NCBI GenBank assembly: GCA_000091165.1
Contig: FP565575.1
Span: 1,440,001-1,472,000, forward strand
Length of the DNA: 32,000 bases
From: Candidatus Methylomirabilis oxygeniifera
GTDB lineage: Bacteria; Methylomirabilota; Methylomirabilia; Methylomirabilales; Methylomirabilaceae
Direction of reading: 5' to 3'
Part shown: positions 16,085 to 25,466 of the stretch, in pieces
How the letters are laid out: every line of letters begins with the position of its first letter
How positions within the stretch are numbered: position 1 is the first letter of the stretch
The notes under the pieces: generated by a model
What the model was told of the DNA's origin: nothing
Database searches by the model: none
The model's input: the letters and a program-made list of their open reading frames with translations, nothing else
Translations under genes and position numbers: made by a program

Positions 16085-17647
16085 GTGTCCATTGATCCGA
16101 CGCTGGTCGCGCGCATCTCTGCGCTGACTGTGCCCCTGAACGGGACGATCGCCCCGCTCCGGCGATTCGATCCGGGTCAGGTGCTCCAGGGGCGGGTGCT
16201 TGCCGTGCGGGGCAGCCAGGTGCTGATCTCCCTTTTTGGAGAGCAGATCGCGGCCGAAAGCGTCTTGTCGCTCCGTGTCGGACAAGTCCTGGACCTGATC
16301 GTACGCGAGGCCAGACCGGATCGAATCACGTTACGGATCGCCACGGATGTCGAAGGAAAGGCGCCTGTTCTTCAACCCTTTACGGACCAGGACGTCAGCG
16401 AACTGTTGATCGGGCAACATCTGCCCACCGATCCCGCCAACATGCTGATCGTCCGCTCGCTGATCCGCAACATGCTTCCCATCACCAATGCGAACGTGTC
16501 GGCCGTTCGTCACGCGCTCTCATTTATTACGACGCCCGCAGCCGAGGATGTTGATGCCGCGCTCTTTCTCATAGCCAGGGAGTTGCCCGTCACACCGCAG
16601 AGTCTGGAGCTGGCGAAGAGCGCGCTGCTGCAACCGCACAGCCTTGGCACCCGCGTGCAGGCGCTCGCGACACAGTTGGTGGAACTATTTTCGCGGTCCG
16701 CATTCGAGGATGCGGCCGCTGAGTTGCCGCGACCCCTACTCGCTCTGGCACAACAGGTTCTACGGGATCTGCCCATGCTCTTGCCAGACCAAGCCCAGGG
16801 CCGGACGCTTACCGCACTGATTCGACAGGTGTTGGATCAGATTGCGACGCCGACGGAAGCGCGCCTCACGCACGTTCTCCAAGAACCGCGCCTCCCTCCT
16901 GCACACCCCGACCTACCCGCCGGTCGGACAGCGGCGCAGTCGCCTCATACTAAAACCGCACATACTGTCATGATCGAGCCGTCGCCCCCTTCAGACGGAT
17001 ACACGGATGTCCCGTACGCGGACGGATCACACACACCCCCGGCGCCGCTACAACGCCGCGTTCAAGAAGCAGCACATGACTTCCGCCAGCAACTTGCCCG
17101 CCTCGACGATGCACTGACTCATACCGTCGCCGACTTGCCGCGCCGTCATGAGGTTGCGTCTACGCTCCATACACTCCAGACGACGATCCGCGAACTCATC
17201 TCGGCGATAGAGGCGGATCAACTCACCAATGCCGGTGCACCTCCACCCACCGAGGCCCAGGGGTACTACCTATTCCATCTACCGATCGCCACGGTGGGGC
17301 AGGATGCGACCGACACGGCAGAGGTACGAATCTACTATCAGCGGCGAGACCGCACCAAACAGGTCGATCCCGAGAATGCACATCTGGCGTTTCTGCTGCA
17401 GATGAGCCGGCTGGGTCCGGTCGATATCCATGTGGATTTATATCAGACACATTTGCGGTGCCGGATCGAATGCTCGCGCCAGGACGCGACGAACCTGTTC
17501 CAGGGGTCGTCACATGAGCTAAAAGAGCGCCTGCAGGATATCGGCTACATCGTGGACGCGATTCGCAGCACGACCGTCCGCTCACCCGACGCGCACTCGG
17601 AGCAACCCGCGGCCTTCAATCTATTGAGGATCGACGTACAGGCATAG
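16085..17647 (+). CDS. FliK/YlqG-like protein with C-terminal hook-length-control-like domain
   Basis: Pro/Gln-rich middle and C-terminal PPPTEAQGYYLFHLPIATV...VRIYYQRRDRTKQVDPENAHLAFLLQMSRLGPVDIHVDLYQTHLRCRIECSR. Probable GTG start. Confidence 0.6.
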   Translation: MSIDPTLVARISALTVPLNGTIAPLRRFDPGQVLQGRVLAVRGSQVLISLFGEQIAAESVLSLRVGQVLDLIVREARPDRITLRIATDVEGKAPVLQPFTDQDVSELLIGQHLPTDPANMLIVRSLIRNMLPITNANVSAVRHALSFITTPAAEDVDAALFLIARELPVTPQSLELAKSALLQPHSLGTRVQALATQLVELFSRSAFEDAAAELPRPLLALAQQVLRDLPMLLPDQAQGRTLTALIRQVLDQIATPTEARLTHVLQEPRLPPAHPDLPAGRTAAQSPHTKTAHTVMIEPSPPSDGYTDVPYADGSHTPPAPLQRRVQEAAHDFRQQLARLDDALTHTVADLPRRHEVASTLHTLQTTIRELISAIEADQLTNAGAPPPTEAQGYYLFHLPIATVGQDATDTAEVRIYYQRRDRTKQVDPENAHLAFLLQMSRLGPVDIHVDLYQTHLRCRIECSRQDATNLFQGSSHELKERLQDIGYIVDAIRSTTVRSPDAHSEQPAAFNLLRIDVQA

Positions 17648-17656
17648 CGAGTTGAA

Positions 17657-17755
17657 TGTCATTGCAGGGAGCACAGCGACGAAGCAATCCCACCGTTCTT
17701 TGCAATCTCAACAATACCGAGATTGCCGCGCTCCCGTTGGTCGCTCGCAATGACA
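17657..17755. repeat. MITE-like palindromic repeat (TGTCATTGC...GCAATGACA)
   Basis: Outer arms TGTCATTGCaGGGAGC... and ...CGCTCGCAATGACA are inverted; the internal arm CAATCCC...GAGATTG is also inverted. Resembles the dispersed tgtcattgcgagcgaagcgaagcaatc repeats found in many bacteria. Confidence 0.75.
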
Positions 17756-17791
17756 AGCGACACGGGAACCCTTGCGGAGGAGGAATGAGAG

Positions 17792-18106
17792 GTGGCCACA
17801 CGTCGTCGCTCGTCACCTGAGATACAGCAGGCCGTAGCCCTGAAGTACGAGGCCGGCGAGAACGGGGCACCCGAGGTGGTCGCCTCGGGCCGCGGGCGTA
17901 TCGCTGAGCAGATCATTGCGCTCGCCAAGGCGCACGGCATCTACGTCAAGCAGGATCCTGAGTTGGTCGAGGTCCTCTCCAGACTCGACATCGGCGACGC
18001 GATCCCGCCGGAACTGTACGCGGTCGTCGCCGAGATCCTGGCCTTTGTCTACCGGGTCAACGCGAAGCGAGACCTGCACAATAGCCTACCCCCCTCATCC
18101 CGCTGA
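17792..18106 (+). CDS. FlhB/YscU C-terminal-domain-like protein (YlqH type)
   Basis: QQAVALKYEAGENGAPEVVASGRGRIAEQIIALAKAHGIYVKQDPELVEVLSRLDIGDAIPPELYAVVAEILAFVYRVN; GTG start. Confidence 0.85.
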   Translation: MATRRRSSPEIQQAVALKYEAGENGAPEVVASGRGRIAEQIIALAKAHGIYVKQDPELVEVLSRLDIGDAIPPELYAVVAEILAFVYRVNAKRDLHNSLPPSSR

Positions 18107-18135
18107 GATATGAAGACGAGCGCTCAATAGATCGC

Positions 18136-18858
18136 TCAGATAATCTCACCGGCTCGTACAATGATGTGAGCCACCTCCGCCAGCTTGATGTTGCGATGTT
18201 GACTCTCTTGCTGCAATTTTTGCATGGCCTCCGGCTCGGAGAGCTTTAGTCGCTCCACGAGGATTCTTTTCGCCTTCTCGATCAGCTTTCGCTCCCCCAA
18301 AACTGTCTCTAACTTTTTCGTCCGTTGCTCCAGGAGATGTACCTTTGTCTTGAGTCGTGGAATGGTTTCTTCTGAGACGTGCTTCGTATTGCCTTTTGGG
18401 GTGGAGCGGAGATGGGTAGCGGAGAGAGGGGCAGCGTGTTGTTCGACACACGTCTCGGTCTCGGTGGCGTGTTTCACGAATATCTTGAAATCACAATGCT
18501 GCTGCCCCGCAGCGATTCGCCGCTTGAAGATAACTTGTCCGTAGCCAAAGAGATCAACCGCAATCCGCCCGAGACTTTCGCACCAGAGGTGACAGAAACT
18601 CTCCTGTTCCGCAACTCCTTCGCCGGCAAGGCAGTTGGTGCTGGTGAAGCGGATATGATCGCTCGCAAGCCGGTAGCGTAGATCCCAGGTCAACTGGTTC
18701 GCCAGCCAGACGACGGCCTCAGCGTATTCGGCTGGAGTAAAGACCCCTCGGTGCTTACTTCGCGCCTCCCCGGTTAAGCCGCTCAAGCTGCAGGCGACGG
18801 TGCGCAGGACTCGCTGTGTGGTTGGTAGATCGTTCTGCTTACCCAGCATCGCGGCCAA
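18136..18858 (-). CDS. ANTAR-domain protein with Cys-containing N-terminal domain (paralog 1, divergent)
   Basis: N-terminus EYAEAVVWLANQL...HIRFTSTNC...FCHLWCESLGRIAVDLFGYGQVIF, C-terminus LGERKLIEKAKRILVERLKLSEPEAMQKLQQESQHRNIKLAEVAHIIV. Confidence 0.85.
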   Translation of the reverse strand: MAAMLGKQNDLPTTQRVLRTVACSLSGLTGEARSKHRGVFTPAEYAEAVVWLANQLTWDLRYRLASDHIRFTSTNCLAGEGVAEQESFCHLWCESLGRIAVDLFGYGQVIFKRRIAAGQQHCDFKIFVKHATETETCVEQHAAPLSATHLRSTPKGNTKHVSEETIPRLKTKVHLLEQRTKKLETVLGERKLIEKAKRILVERLKLSEPEAMQKLQQESQHRNIKLAEVAHIIVRAGEII

Positions 18859-19594
18859 GTATCCGACAAGGTCTCGTATGATGAAACTGCGAGCTAACTC
18901 AGCGCGAGCGTCAAGCGCGGAACCGGTCGGTCTTTAGCGCTTGAACAACAGACTACTCTGTCTTAGCATGGGTCGTTCCCTTGACTTGATCTGAGTCTGG
19001 CGACCTGACGAGGGTTCGCGACATCGCGGTTGGCCGATTGACGTGTGCCTGCACGTCACCCGGCACGAATCGGGTTAAGGGGAACGCGACCATAGCCGAT
19101 AGCAAAACCGTAGGAACACTCAGGTGTTGTGGCGGTGATCGGTGTTCGGTCACTGCCAGGCGGAACGAATGACCGCCCTGCGGAGAGGCTTCGCCGACCG
19201 GATAGCCGGTGAACGAAGCGAGACCATAGATCGTCGTGCGCAAGACGCAGGACCGCACTGTCGCGGAGTCTGCTGAGCGCGGAGTCTGAATTCCTCGAGC
19301 GCTGATGGGGGCGCCATGGGGAGGGTGATGATGCCCGCACATGCCGACGTATGCCTCCGAACTCAATCACGTAGCAGTCCGGTTCCTTCTCCCCCTGAAG
19401 TCCAGCTCTTCAACGCGCGAGCATCACGCCATCCTCGTCTGGTCCGTGAGGCCATGGACCGCTTCGTCTCCGGCTTGCCACGAAGAGGCCGCTCCTCGCC
19501 AAAACACCACGAGAGATGGCCCGTCTACGGGCTGAAGTACCTCATAGGCTGCCCCACGCGACTTAACACTTTAACACCGGAGGGAGGAAGGACA

Positions 19595-21316
19595 ATGACC
19601 ATGCAATGGTTCAAGAATCTCAAGACGATGACCAAGTTGATGCTGGGATTCGCCGTAGTGGGCGTGATCGCGGGCGGAGTGGGCTACCTCGGCATCAGTA
19701 ACATGGGGAGTATCAATGCTAATGTAGGGGACGTGTACCAACACCAGCTCCTCCCCATCAAGATCATGGCCGAGGCCCGGGGGCAAACCCACCGGATGCG
19801 GGGTTTCGTGATCCAGCACATGCTGGAGCGCGACAAAGGCGCAATGGACAAGATTGCTGCCACTATCCAGGAATCCCAAGGACAGGTGGAAGAGCGGATT
19901 GGCCGCCTCGAGAAGATGGGTTTGACCCTTGAGGAGCGGGAGGCGCTGGGAACGTTCAAGGCGGCTTTCGCTGCATATAACAAGACGCGAGACGACAAGG
20001 TTCTGGCCTTCAGCAGTCAGGGCAAGAAGGAGGAGGCCTACGCCGCGGCCAAGACAGAGGGTGCGGAGCGATACCAGGCGGTCGTGGCCCGCATCAATGC
20101 CCTCATCGACCTCAAGGATAAAGCCGCCAAAGGTCGCTACGACGAAAGCCAGGCCACCTATAGCCGCTCCCGGACCATGATGATTGGGTTCGCTGTGGGG
20201 GGTCTGTTGACGGGCCTCGTATTCGGGTATTTTATTGCGATCCTGATCACCGGTCCGTTGAGCCAAACCGTGGCGGTCCTCAAGGACATCGCGGAGGGCG
20301 AGGGCGACTTGACGAAGCGACTGACAGTCCACAGTCGCGATGAGGCCGGCGAACTGGCTCGCTGGTTCAACACGTTCATGGACAAACTCCACGAGATCAT
20401 CGGGCAGGTGCGCATGGCCGCGGCGCAAAACGCCTCCACCTCACAACAACTCGCCGCCGGCAGCGAAGAACTGTCCAGTGGTACCCAGGAGCAAGCTGCC
20501 TCAATCGAGGAGACGGCGGCCTCCCTGGAGCAAATGACCTCCACTGTGAAGCAGAATGCGGACAACGCCCGCGAGGCGAACCAGATGGCGGTGTCGGCCC
20601 GATCGACGGCCGAGCAAGGCGGAGCCGTAGTCCAGACGGCTGTCACCTCGATGGAGGCGATCCGTGAGTCCTCCAAGCAGATCGCCGCGATCATCACGAC
20701 GATCGATGAAATCGCCTTTCAAACGAACCTTCTGGCGCTCAACGCCGCGGTCGAAGCCGCCAGAGCGGGGGAGCAGGGTCGGGGCTTTGCGGTGGTCGCC
20801 AGTGAGGTTCGGGCGCTTGCTCAGCGCTCGGCGGTCGCCTCCAAGGAGATCAAGACGCTGATCACTGACTCGGTAACCAAGGTGGAGGAGGGGGCGCAAC
20901 TGGTCAATCAGTCCGGGAAGACCCTGACCGAGATCATGGCCGGTGTGAAGAAGGTCGCCGATCTCATCGCCGAGATCTCCGCCGCCTCTCAGGAGCAGGC
21001 TCAAGGGATCGAGCAGATCAACAAAGCGATAACCCAGATGGACTCGGTCACTCAGCAAAATGCCGGCCAGACTGAGGAGTTCAGTGCCACAGCTCAATCC
21101 ATGGCAGCGCAGGCGGAGGAGCTCTCGGCGCTGGTGGCGAAGTTCAAGCTGGCGCGAGAGGCTGCGATCAGCCGTCAGCCGTCAGCGATCAGCTCTGAAT
21201 CGTCTCGGAAGGTGGTCCCCCTAAAAGGGAAGGCGCGTGGTAAATTCGCGGCGCCTAAGGCAGTGGCGGCGGCCACCGGGACCGATACGGCGTTTGGAAC
21301 ATTCGAGGAATTCTAG
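19595..21316 (+). CDS. Methyl-accepting chemotaxis protein (two TMs, HAMP, MCP signal domain)
   Basis: [33 protein letters not shown]...HAMP...[44 protein letters not shown] hairpin tip. RBS AGGGAGGAAGG. Confidence 0.95.
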   Translation: MTMQWFKNLKTMTKLMLGFAVVGVIAGGVGYLGISNMGSINANVGDVYQHQLLPIKIMAEARGQTHRMRGFVIQHMLERDKGAMDKIAATIQESQGQVEERIGRLEKMGLTLEEREALGTFKAAFAAYNKTRDDKVLAFSSQGKKEEAYAAAKTEGAERYQAVVARINALIDLKDKAAKGRYDESQATYSRSRTMMIGFAVGGLLTGLVFGYFIAILITGPLSQTVAVLKDIAEGEGDLTKRLTVHSRDEAGELARWFNTFMDKLHEIIGQVRMAAAQNASTSQQLAAGSEELSSGTQEQAASIEETAASLEQMTSTVKQNADNAREANQMAVSARSTAEQGGAVVQTAVTSMEAIRESSKQIAAIITTIDEIAFQTNLLALNAAVEAARAGEQGRGFAVVASEVRALAQRSAVASKEIKTLITDSVTKVEEGAQLVNQSGKTLTEIMAGVKKVADLIAEISAASQEQAQGIEQINKAITQMDSVTQQNAGQTEEFSATAQSMAAQAEELSALVAKFKLAREAAISRQPSAISSESSRKVVPLKGKARGKFAAPKAVAAATGTDTAFGTFEEF

Positions 21317-21445
21317 TCCCCCCTTTCTCTTGTCCTTATCCGATGGGGAAGGGAGGAGCATGCAAAGAGGGGTCACGCATATGAGCGAATCAACGATCGA
21401 TCAGATGAGCTACACCAACGATACGCACCAGATGGGGGCGAGGGC

Positions 21446-24400
21446 GTGATAAAGAGACTGATGGAGGGTTCCATATTCAGGCGGTTTACCTTCCTATCCG
21501 TTCTGATCGCCTTCGTGGTTCTGATCCCTTTAGTTATTTTTGGCTTCTCGGCGATTCAGGTCGCATCGGACCAACTCCTGCAACATGAGTTGGACGAATC
21601 AAAACAGGAGGTACTAACCAATGCGGATCAACTGAAGCGCGTCTTCGACATGGCTCAGGCCGACCTCACTATGCTGCGTGAACTGACGATTCGTAAGCTG
21701 AGGCGAGTTCGAGCCGCCGGCAATGAGGCCGAGATGGCGCGCTGGTATGATGCAATAGGGCAAGCCTTCCTGACTGTTGCAGATAGCCGACGGATCTACA
21801 ACCAAATCCGCTACCTCAATGAGTACGGCCGCGAGGTGATCCGGGTGGACTATGACGGCATTCATCCTCCGCAGCTCATCCCGCCTGCGCGCTTGCAGGA
21901 TAAGCGGCAGCGCGACTACTTCTCGGAAACCATGAAACTCGCGCCGGGCCAAGTCTACGTGTCTCGGCTCGATCTCAACCAGGAGCACGGTCAGATCGAG
22001 GTCCCGTACCGTCCCGTTATCCGCTACGCCATGCCCCTCTTCGATGACGCGGGCCACCGAAGCGGGATCGTCATCGTCAACCTCCAGATGGAGCCATTGC
22101 TCGATACCCTGTACCAGAAAGGAAAAGCCGCTCAGAGGGAAGTGCGAGTCGTCGATCAGGAGGGATTTTACCTCCTACACTCTAATCCGAATAAACAGTG
22201 GGGCGGCCCACATGAACTGAACACGGGGGAACGGATCCAGCGGGACCTTCCTGACCTTGCCGGCCGGCTCCTCTCTCAACAGGCTGTCGCAAGAGTCATG
22301 GCGGAGCAGGTCGTAGCCGCCCAGCCACTCCTGCTCAGCACGAATAACGCAGGCCCGTTCATTGTGGTCGTGGAACTGATGCCCACCCATGTTGCCCTGG
22401 CACCGATTACGGATCTTCACCTCTATTTGCTGATTCTACTCGTGGGTACGAGTATCCTCGCGATAGGGTGCGCCGCATTGTTAGGGGACAAACTCACTCG
22501 GCCCATCGTCGCCTTGCAGCAGGCGGCTCATCAGATCCGACATGGTAACCTGAATACCGCAGTAGAGACTCGTGGGCCGCGTGAGATCGCGGCGCTGAGT
22601 GAGGCGTTCAATGCCATGGCGGGGGGGCTGGCCCAGGCTCAGGTTCGAATCGACCGACACCTGGCCAGATTACACGCCATCAATCAGATCTGGACGGCTG
22701 CCGGTAACCCTCTTTCGCTCCACGAGGTCATCGATCACGCTCTAGATGCGACGTTACTCTGTCTGGGCGTCGAAGCGGCTGAGATCTTTCTATTGAACGA
22801 AGAACGGACCGAGGTCGTCCTGGTCGGACACCGGGGGGCGGCCCAGGAGGCCTTCCGAGAGACTACCCATTTCAAGTTGCAGGAAGGATTCCCCGGACTG
22901 GCAACCTTCTCGGCCGAGGTCGTACTGACAACCGATCTGCCGAACGATCCACGCTTTCTCCGGAAGCAGGTCATCGAAGCCGGCTTTAAGACCTTCGCGG
23001 CGATCCCTCTGAAGGTAACCGGACAGGTGATCGGCGCCATGAACGTGGCGACCCGCACCAGTTGCACCATCATCAAAGACGACCTCCCGATTTTGACCGC
23101 CATCGGGTCCACGATCGGGATGGTCGTGGCCAACGCACGCCTTTTTGAAGCGCAGCGTGACGGCGCACAACAGCTTGCCGAGAAAGTCGAGGAGTTGGAC
23201 GGCAAGATCGATGAGTTGGAGCGGATGCAGGCTCGTCTCATCGAAGCTGAGCGGCTCCGCGCCATGGGACAGATGGCCGCCGGGGTCGCTCACGACTTCA
23301 ATAACGCGCTGATGGCGGTTCTTGGACAGGCGCAACTCATACGGCTCTTCCTTGAACGAGGGCATATAGCGGCCGTCATGCAGAACGTGGCGGAGTATGT
23401 GGAGGTGCTGGAGCGCCTCGCATGGCAGGAGCAGGCCATACTCGATGCCGCGAACATTGTGCGAAAGATCCGTGAGGCCACCCGATCGCACGGCGAGGAG
23501 CCCTTTGCCTTGGTGTCGCTGAACGAGATCGTCGAGCAGGTCCTCGAGACCACCCGGCCCCGGTGGAAGGATCAGGCTGAGGCAAAGGGACTCTCGGTCA
23601 CGATAGCGCTGCAGTTGGGCGATGTACCGCCGGTCCTCGGGAATGCAGCGGAGTTGCGGGAAGCGCTCATTAACGTCCTCTTCAACGCGCTCGACGCCAT
23701 GCCGCATGGCGGCACCATCACGATCGCCACGAGACGAGCACCGCGTACCGAAACCGGTGAGACGCTCTCGACTACCCACACCCCCCGATCGCTGTTCCAG
23801 GAACCGCCGGCCGGACGGACGTGGGTCGTACTCTCTGTTACCGACACCGGCATCGGGATGTCTCAGGACGTCAAGGCGCGGCTCTTTGAGCCGTTCTTTA
23901 CCACAAAAGGGAGCCATGGAACCGGCCTCGGGCTCAATATGGTCCAAGGCATCGTCCATCGCCACGAGGGCGAGATTCACATTACGAGCGCAGAGGGATG
24001 GGGGACCAGCATCAGCATCCATCTGCCGGCGGCGCAGGAGGATCGACCGGAACCATCCACTCCCGCCCCGCCTCCGCCGTTGCCAGGCCGGCTGCGTCTG
24101 CTCGTGATCGACGACGAACCGCTGCTTGGCGAGACCCTGGTCGACCTGTTGGGACTCCTCGGGCATGAGGCGGTCGCAGTAACCAGCGGCGAGGCGGGCA
24201 TTGCACGCCTGCAGGCCGAGCGCTTCGATCTGGTGATGACCGACATCGGGATGGCGGGAATGTCGGGGTGGGACGTCGCTCGGGCGGTCAAGGCCGATTG
24301 GTCCCAACTTCCCGTGATCCTGGTCAGCGGCTGGGCCGGTATGATGGAGCGCGACCAGATCGAGGGAGCGGGGATTGACGCAGTCCTGGCCAAGCCGTAC

Positions 24401-24487
24401 ACGATAACGCAACTCGAGCACGCCCTCAGCCGAGTTGTCGCCTCGACTCGGCGAGACGCGGGGAGCGACCCATTGGGTACGGCGTGA
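21446..24487 (+). CDS. Hybrid sensor histidine kinase (Cache-TM-HAMP-GAF-HisKA-HATPase-REC)
   Basis: Periplasmic region between two TMs, HAMP, GAF (MNVATRTSCTIIKDD), GVAHDFNNALMAVLGQAQLI, TDTGIGMSQDVKARLFEPFFTTKGSHGTGLGLNMVQGIV, LVIDDEPLLGETLVDLL...MTDIGM. Confidence 0.93.
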   Translation: MIKRLMEGSIFRRFTFLSVLIAFVVLIPLVIFGFSAIQVASDQLLQHELDESKQEVLTNADQLKRVFDMAQADLTMLRELTIRKLRRVRAAGNEAEMARWYDAIGQAFLTVADSRRIYNQIRYLNEYGREVIRVDYDGIHPPQLIPPARLQDKRQRDYFSETMKLAPGQVYVSRLDLNQEHGQIEVPYRPVIRYAMPLFDDAGHRSGIVIVNLQMEPLLDTLYQKGKAAQREVRVVDQEGFYLLHSNPNKQWGGPHELNTGERIQRDLPDLAGRLLSQQAVARVMAEQVVAAQPLLLSTNNAGPFIVVVELMPTHVALAPITDLHLYLLILLVGTSILAIGCAALLGDKLTRPIVALQQAAHQIRHGNLNTAVETRGPREIAALSEAFNAMAGGLAQAQVRIDRHLARLHAINQIWTAAGNPLSLHEVIDHALDATLLCLGVEAAEIFLLNEERTEVVLVGHRGAAQEAFRETTHFKLQEGFPGLATFSAEVVLTTDLPNDPRFLRKQVIEAGFKTFAAIPLKVTGQVIGAMNVATRTSCTIIKDDLPILTAIGSTIGMVVANARLFEAQRDGAQQLAEKVEELDGKIDELERMQARLIEAERLRAMGQMAAGVAHDFNNALMAVLGQAQLIRLFLERGHIAAVMQNVAEYVEVLERLAWQEQAILDAANIVRKIREATRSHGEEPFALVSLNEIVEQVLETTRPRWKDQAEAKGLSVTIALQLGDVPPVLGNAAELREALINVLFNALDAMPHGGTITIATRRAPRTETGETLSTTHTPRSLFQEPPAGRTWVVLSVTDTGIGMSQDVKARLFEPFFTTKGSHGTGLGLNMVQGIVHRHEGEIHITSAEGWGTSISIHLPAAQEDRPEPSTPAPPPPLPGRLRLLVIDDEPLLGETLVDLLGLLGHEAVAVTSGEAGIARLQAERFDLVMTDIGMAGMSGWDVARAVKADWSQLPVILVSGWAGMMERDQIEGAGIDAVLAKPYTITQLEHALSRVVASTRRDAGSDPLGTA

Positions 24488-24536
24488 CAACCTGTTCGCA
24501 GCGTGTCCACATTGGAACCGCTTCAGCCCGTACGCC

Positions 24537-25403
24537 TCACGGCTGCGCAGCCTCACGGAGGCGCCGGATCGTCCGAGTCGCGTCCGCTATCAGCCGTTCC
24601 TGCAGGCTGAGGCAACCGGATAAGTGGTCTTTCGAGAATGTGCCCCTCGCAATCGTAAGCTGCATCAGTTGTGTCTGCCCCAGAACACCCATCAACGCAT
24701 TATTTAAGTCGTGCGCAACGCCGGCCGCCAACTCGCCCATCGCCCGAAGTCGCTCGGCGGCCACCAACTGATTCTGGCTGCGCCGCAGCTCTTCCAGACT
24801 CGCCTCCAGTCGCTTGGTCGTAAGCCGGAGATCCTCGTAGATGCGGGCATTGATCACCGCCATGCCCACCGCAGCCCCGATGGCGGTGACGAGTTTCGTG
24901 TCGTCCTCCGTAAAGACGCGCATCCGCCGCGTGGCGATATCGAGCACACCGATGACCTCCCCTTTAGCCCTGAGAGGGAAGGCCGCGAAGGTCTTAAAGC
25001 CGGCCGCGACCACCTTGTACCGGAGAAAGCGCGGGTCCGCCGCCAGGTCTGGGATCACGACAACCTCCCCGGTCTGCGCCACGCGCCCGGGAATCCCTTC
25101 CCCCAGCGCGAACCGGGTGCGTTCGCCGAAGGCCTCCGGTTCCAGGCCGAGCTGTCTGGTGAGGCAGACCGCTTGTGTCGCCGTATCGAGAAGCCAGATC
25201 TCTCCGGCCTCCATACCCATAACCTTTAAGGTGGCATCGAGGGTCTGATCGAGGACATCCGGAAGCGCGAGCACACCACCAATGATCCTCCCTACCGTTC
25301 CAATGGCCTCCAGATGTCTGTTGCGGCAGGCGTATTGCTTCACCTGCTCCTCTAACACGGCGTAGATTCGAGCCTGCTCGATCGCCACCCCCTCGTCCAT
25401 CAT
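24537..25403 (-). CDS. GAF protein with HisKA phosphoacceptor-like helix but no HATPase domain
   Basis: GAF (EAGEIWLLDTATQAVCLTRQLGLEPEAFGERTRFALGEGIPGRV) then LVAAERLRAMGELAAGVAHDLNNALMGVLGQTQLMQL. ORF stops 42 aa after HDLNN. Confidence 0.88.
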   Translation of the reverse strand: MMDEGVAIEQARIYAVLEEQVKQYACRNRHLEAIGTVGRIIGGVLALPDVLDQTLDATLKVMGMEAGEIWLLDTATQAVCLTRQLGLEPEAFGERTRFALGEGIPGRVAQTGEVVVIPDLAADPRFLRYKVVAAGFKTFAAFPLRAKGEVIGVLDIATRRMRVFTEDDTKLVTAIGAAVGMAVINARIYEDLRLTTKRLEASLEELRRSQNQLVAAERLRAMGELAAGVAHDLNNALMGVLGQTQLMQLTIARGTFSKDHLSGCLSLQERLIADATRTIRRLREAAQP

Positions 25404-25466
25404 TGCTCACCTCCCTCCGGTCATACCAATGAAGCCTCCCCGCGGCAGGCCGCGGGCTATCGTCTT

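Noticed and set aside
22790-24556. 588-aa minus-strand ORF over hybrid kinase HK1
   Set aside because: Long antisense ORF expected in a GC-rich gene. The plus strand has unmistakable kinase motifs.
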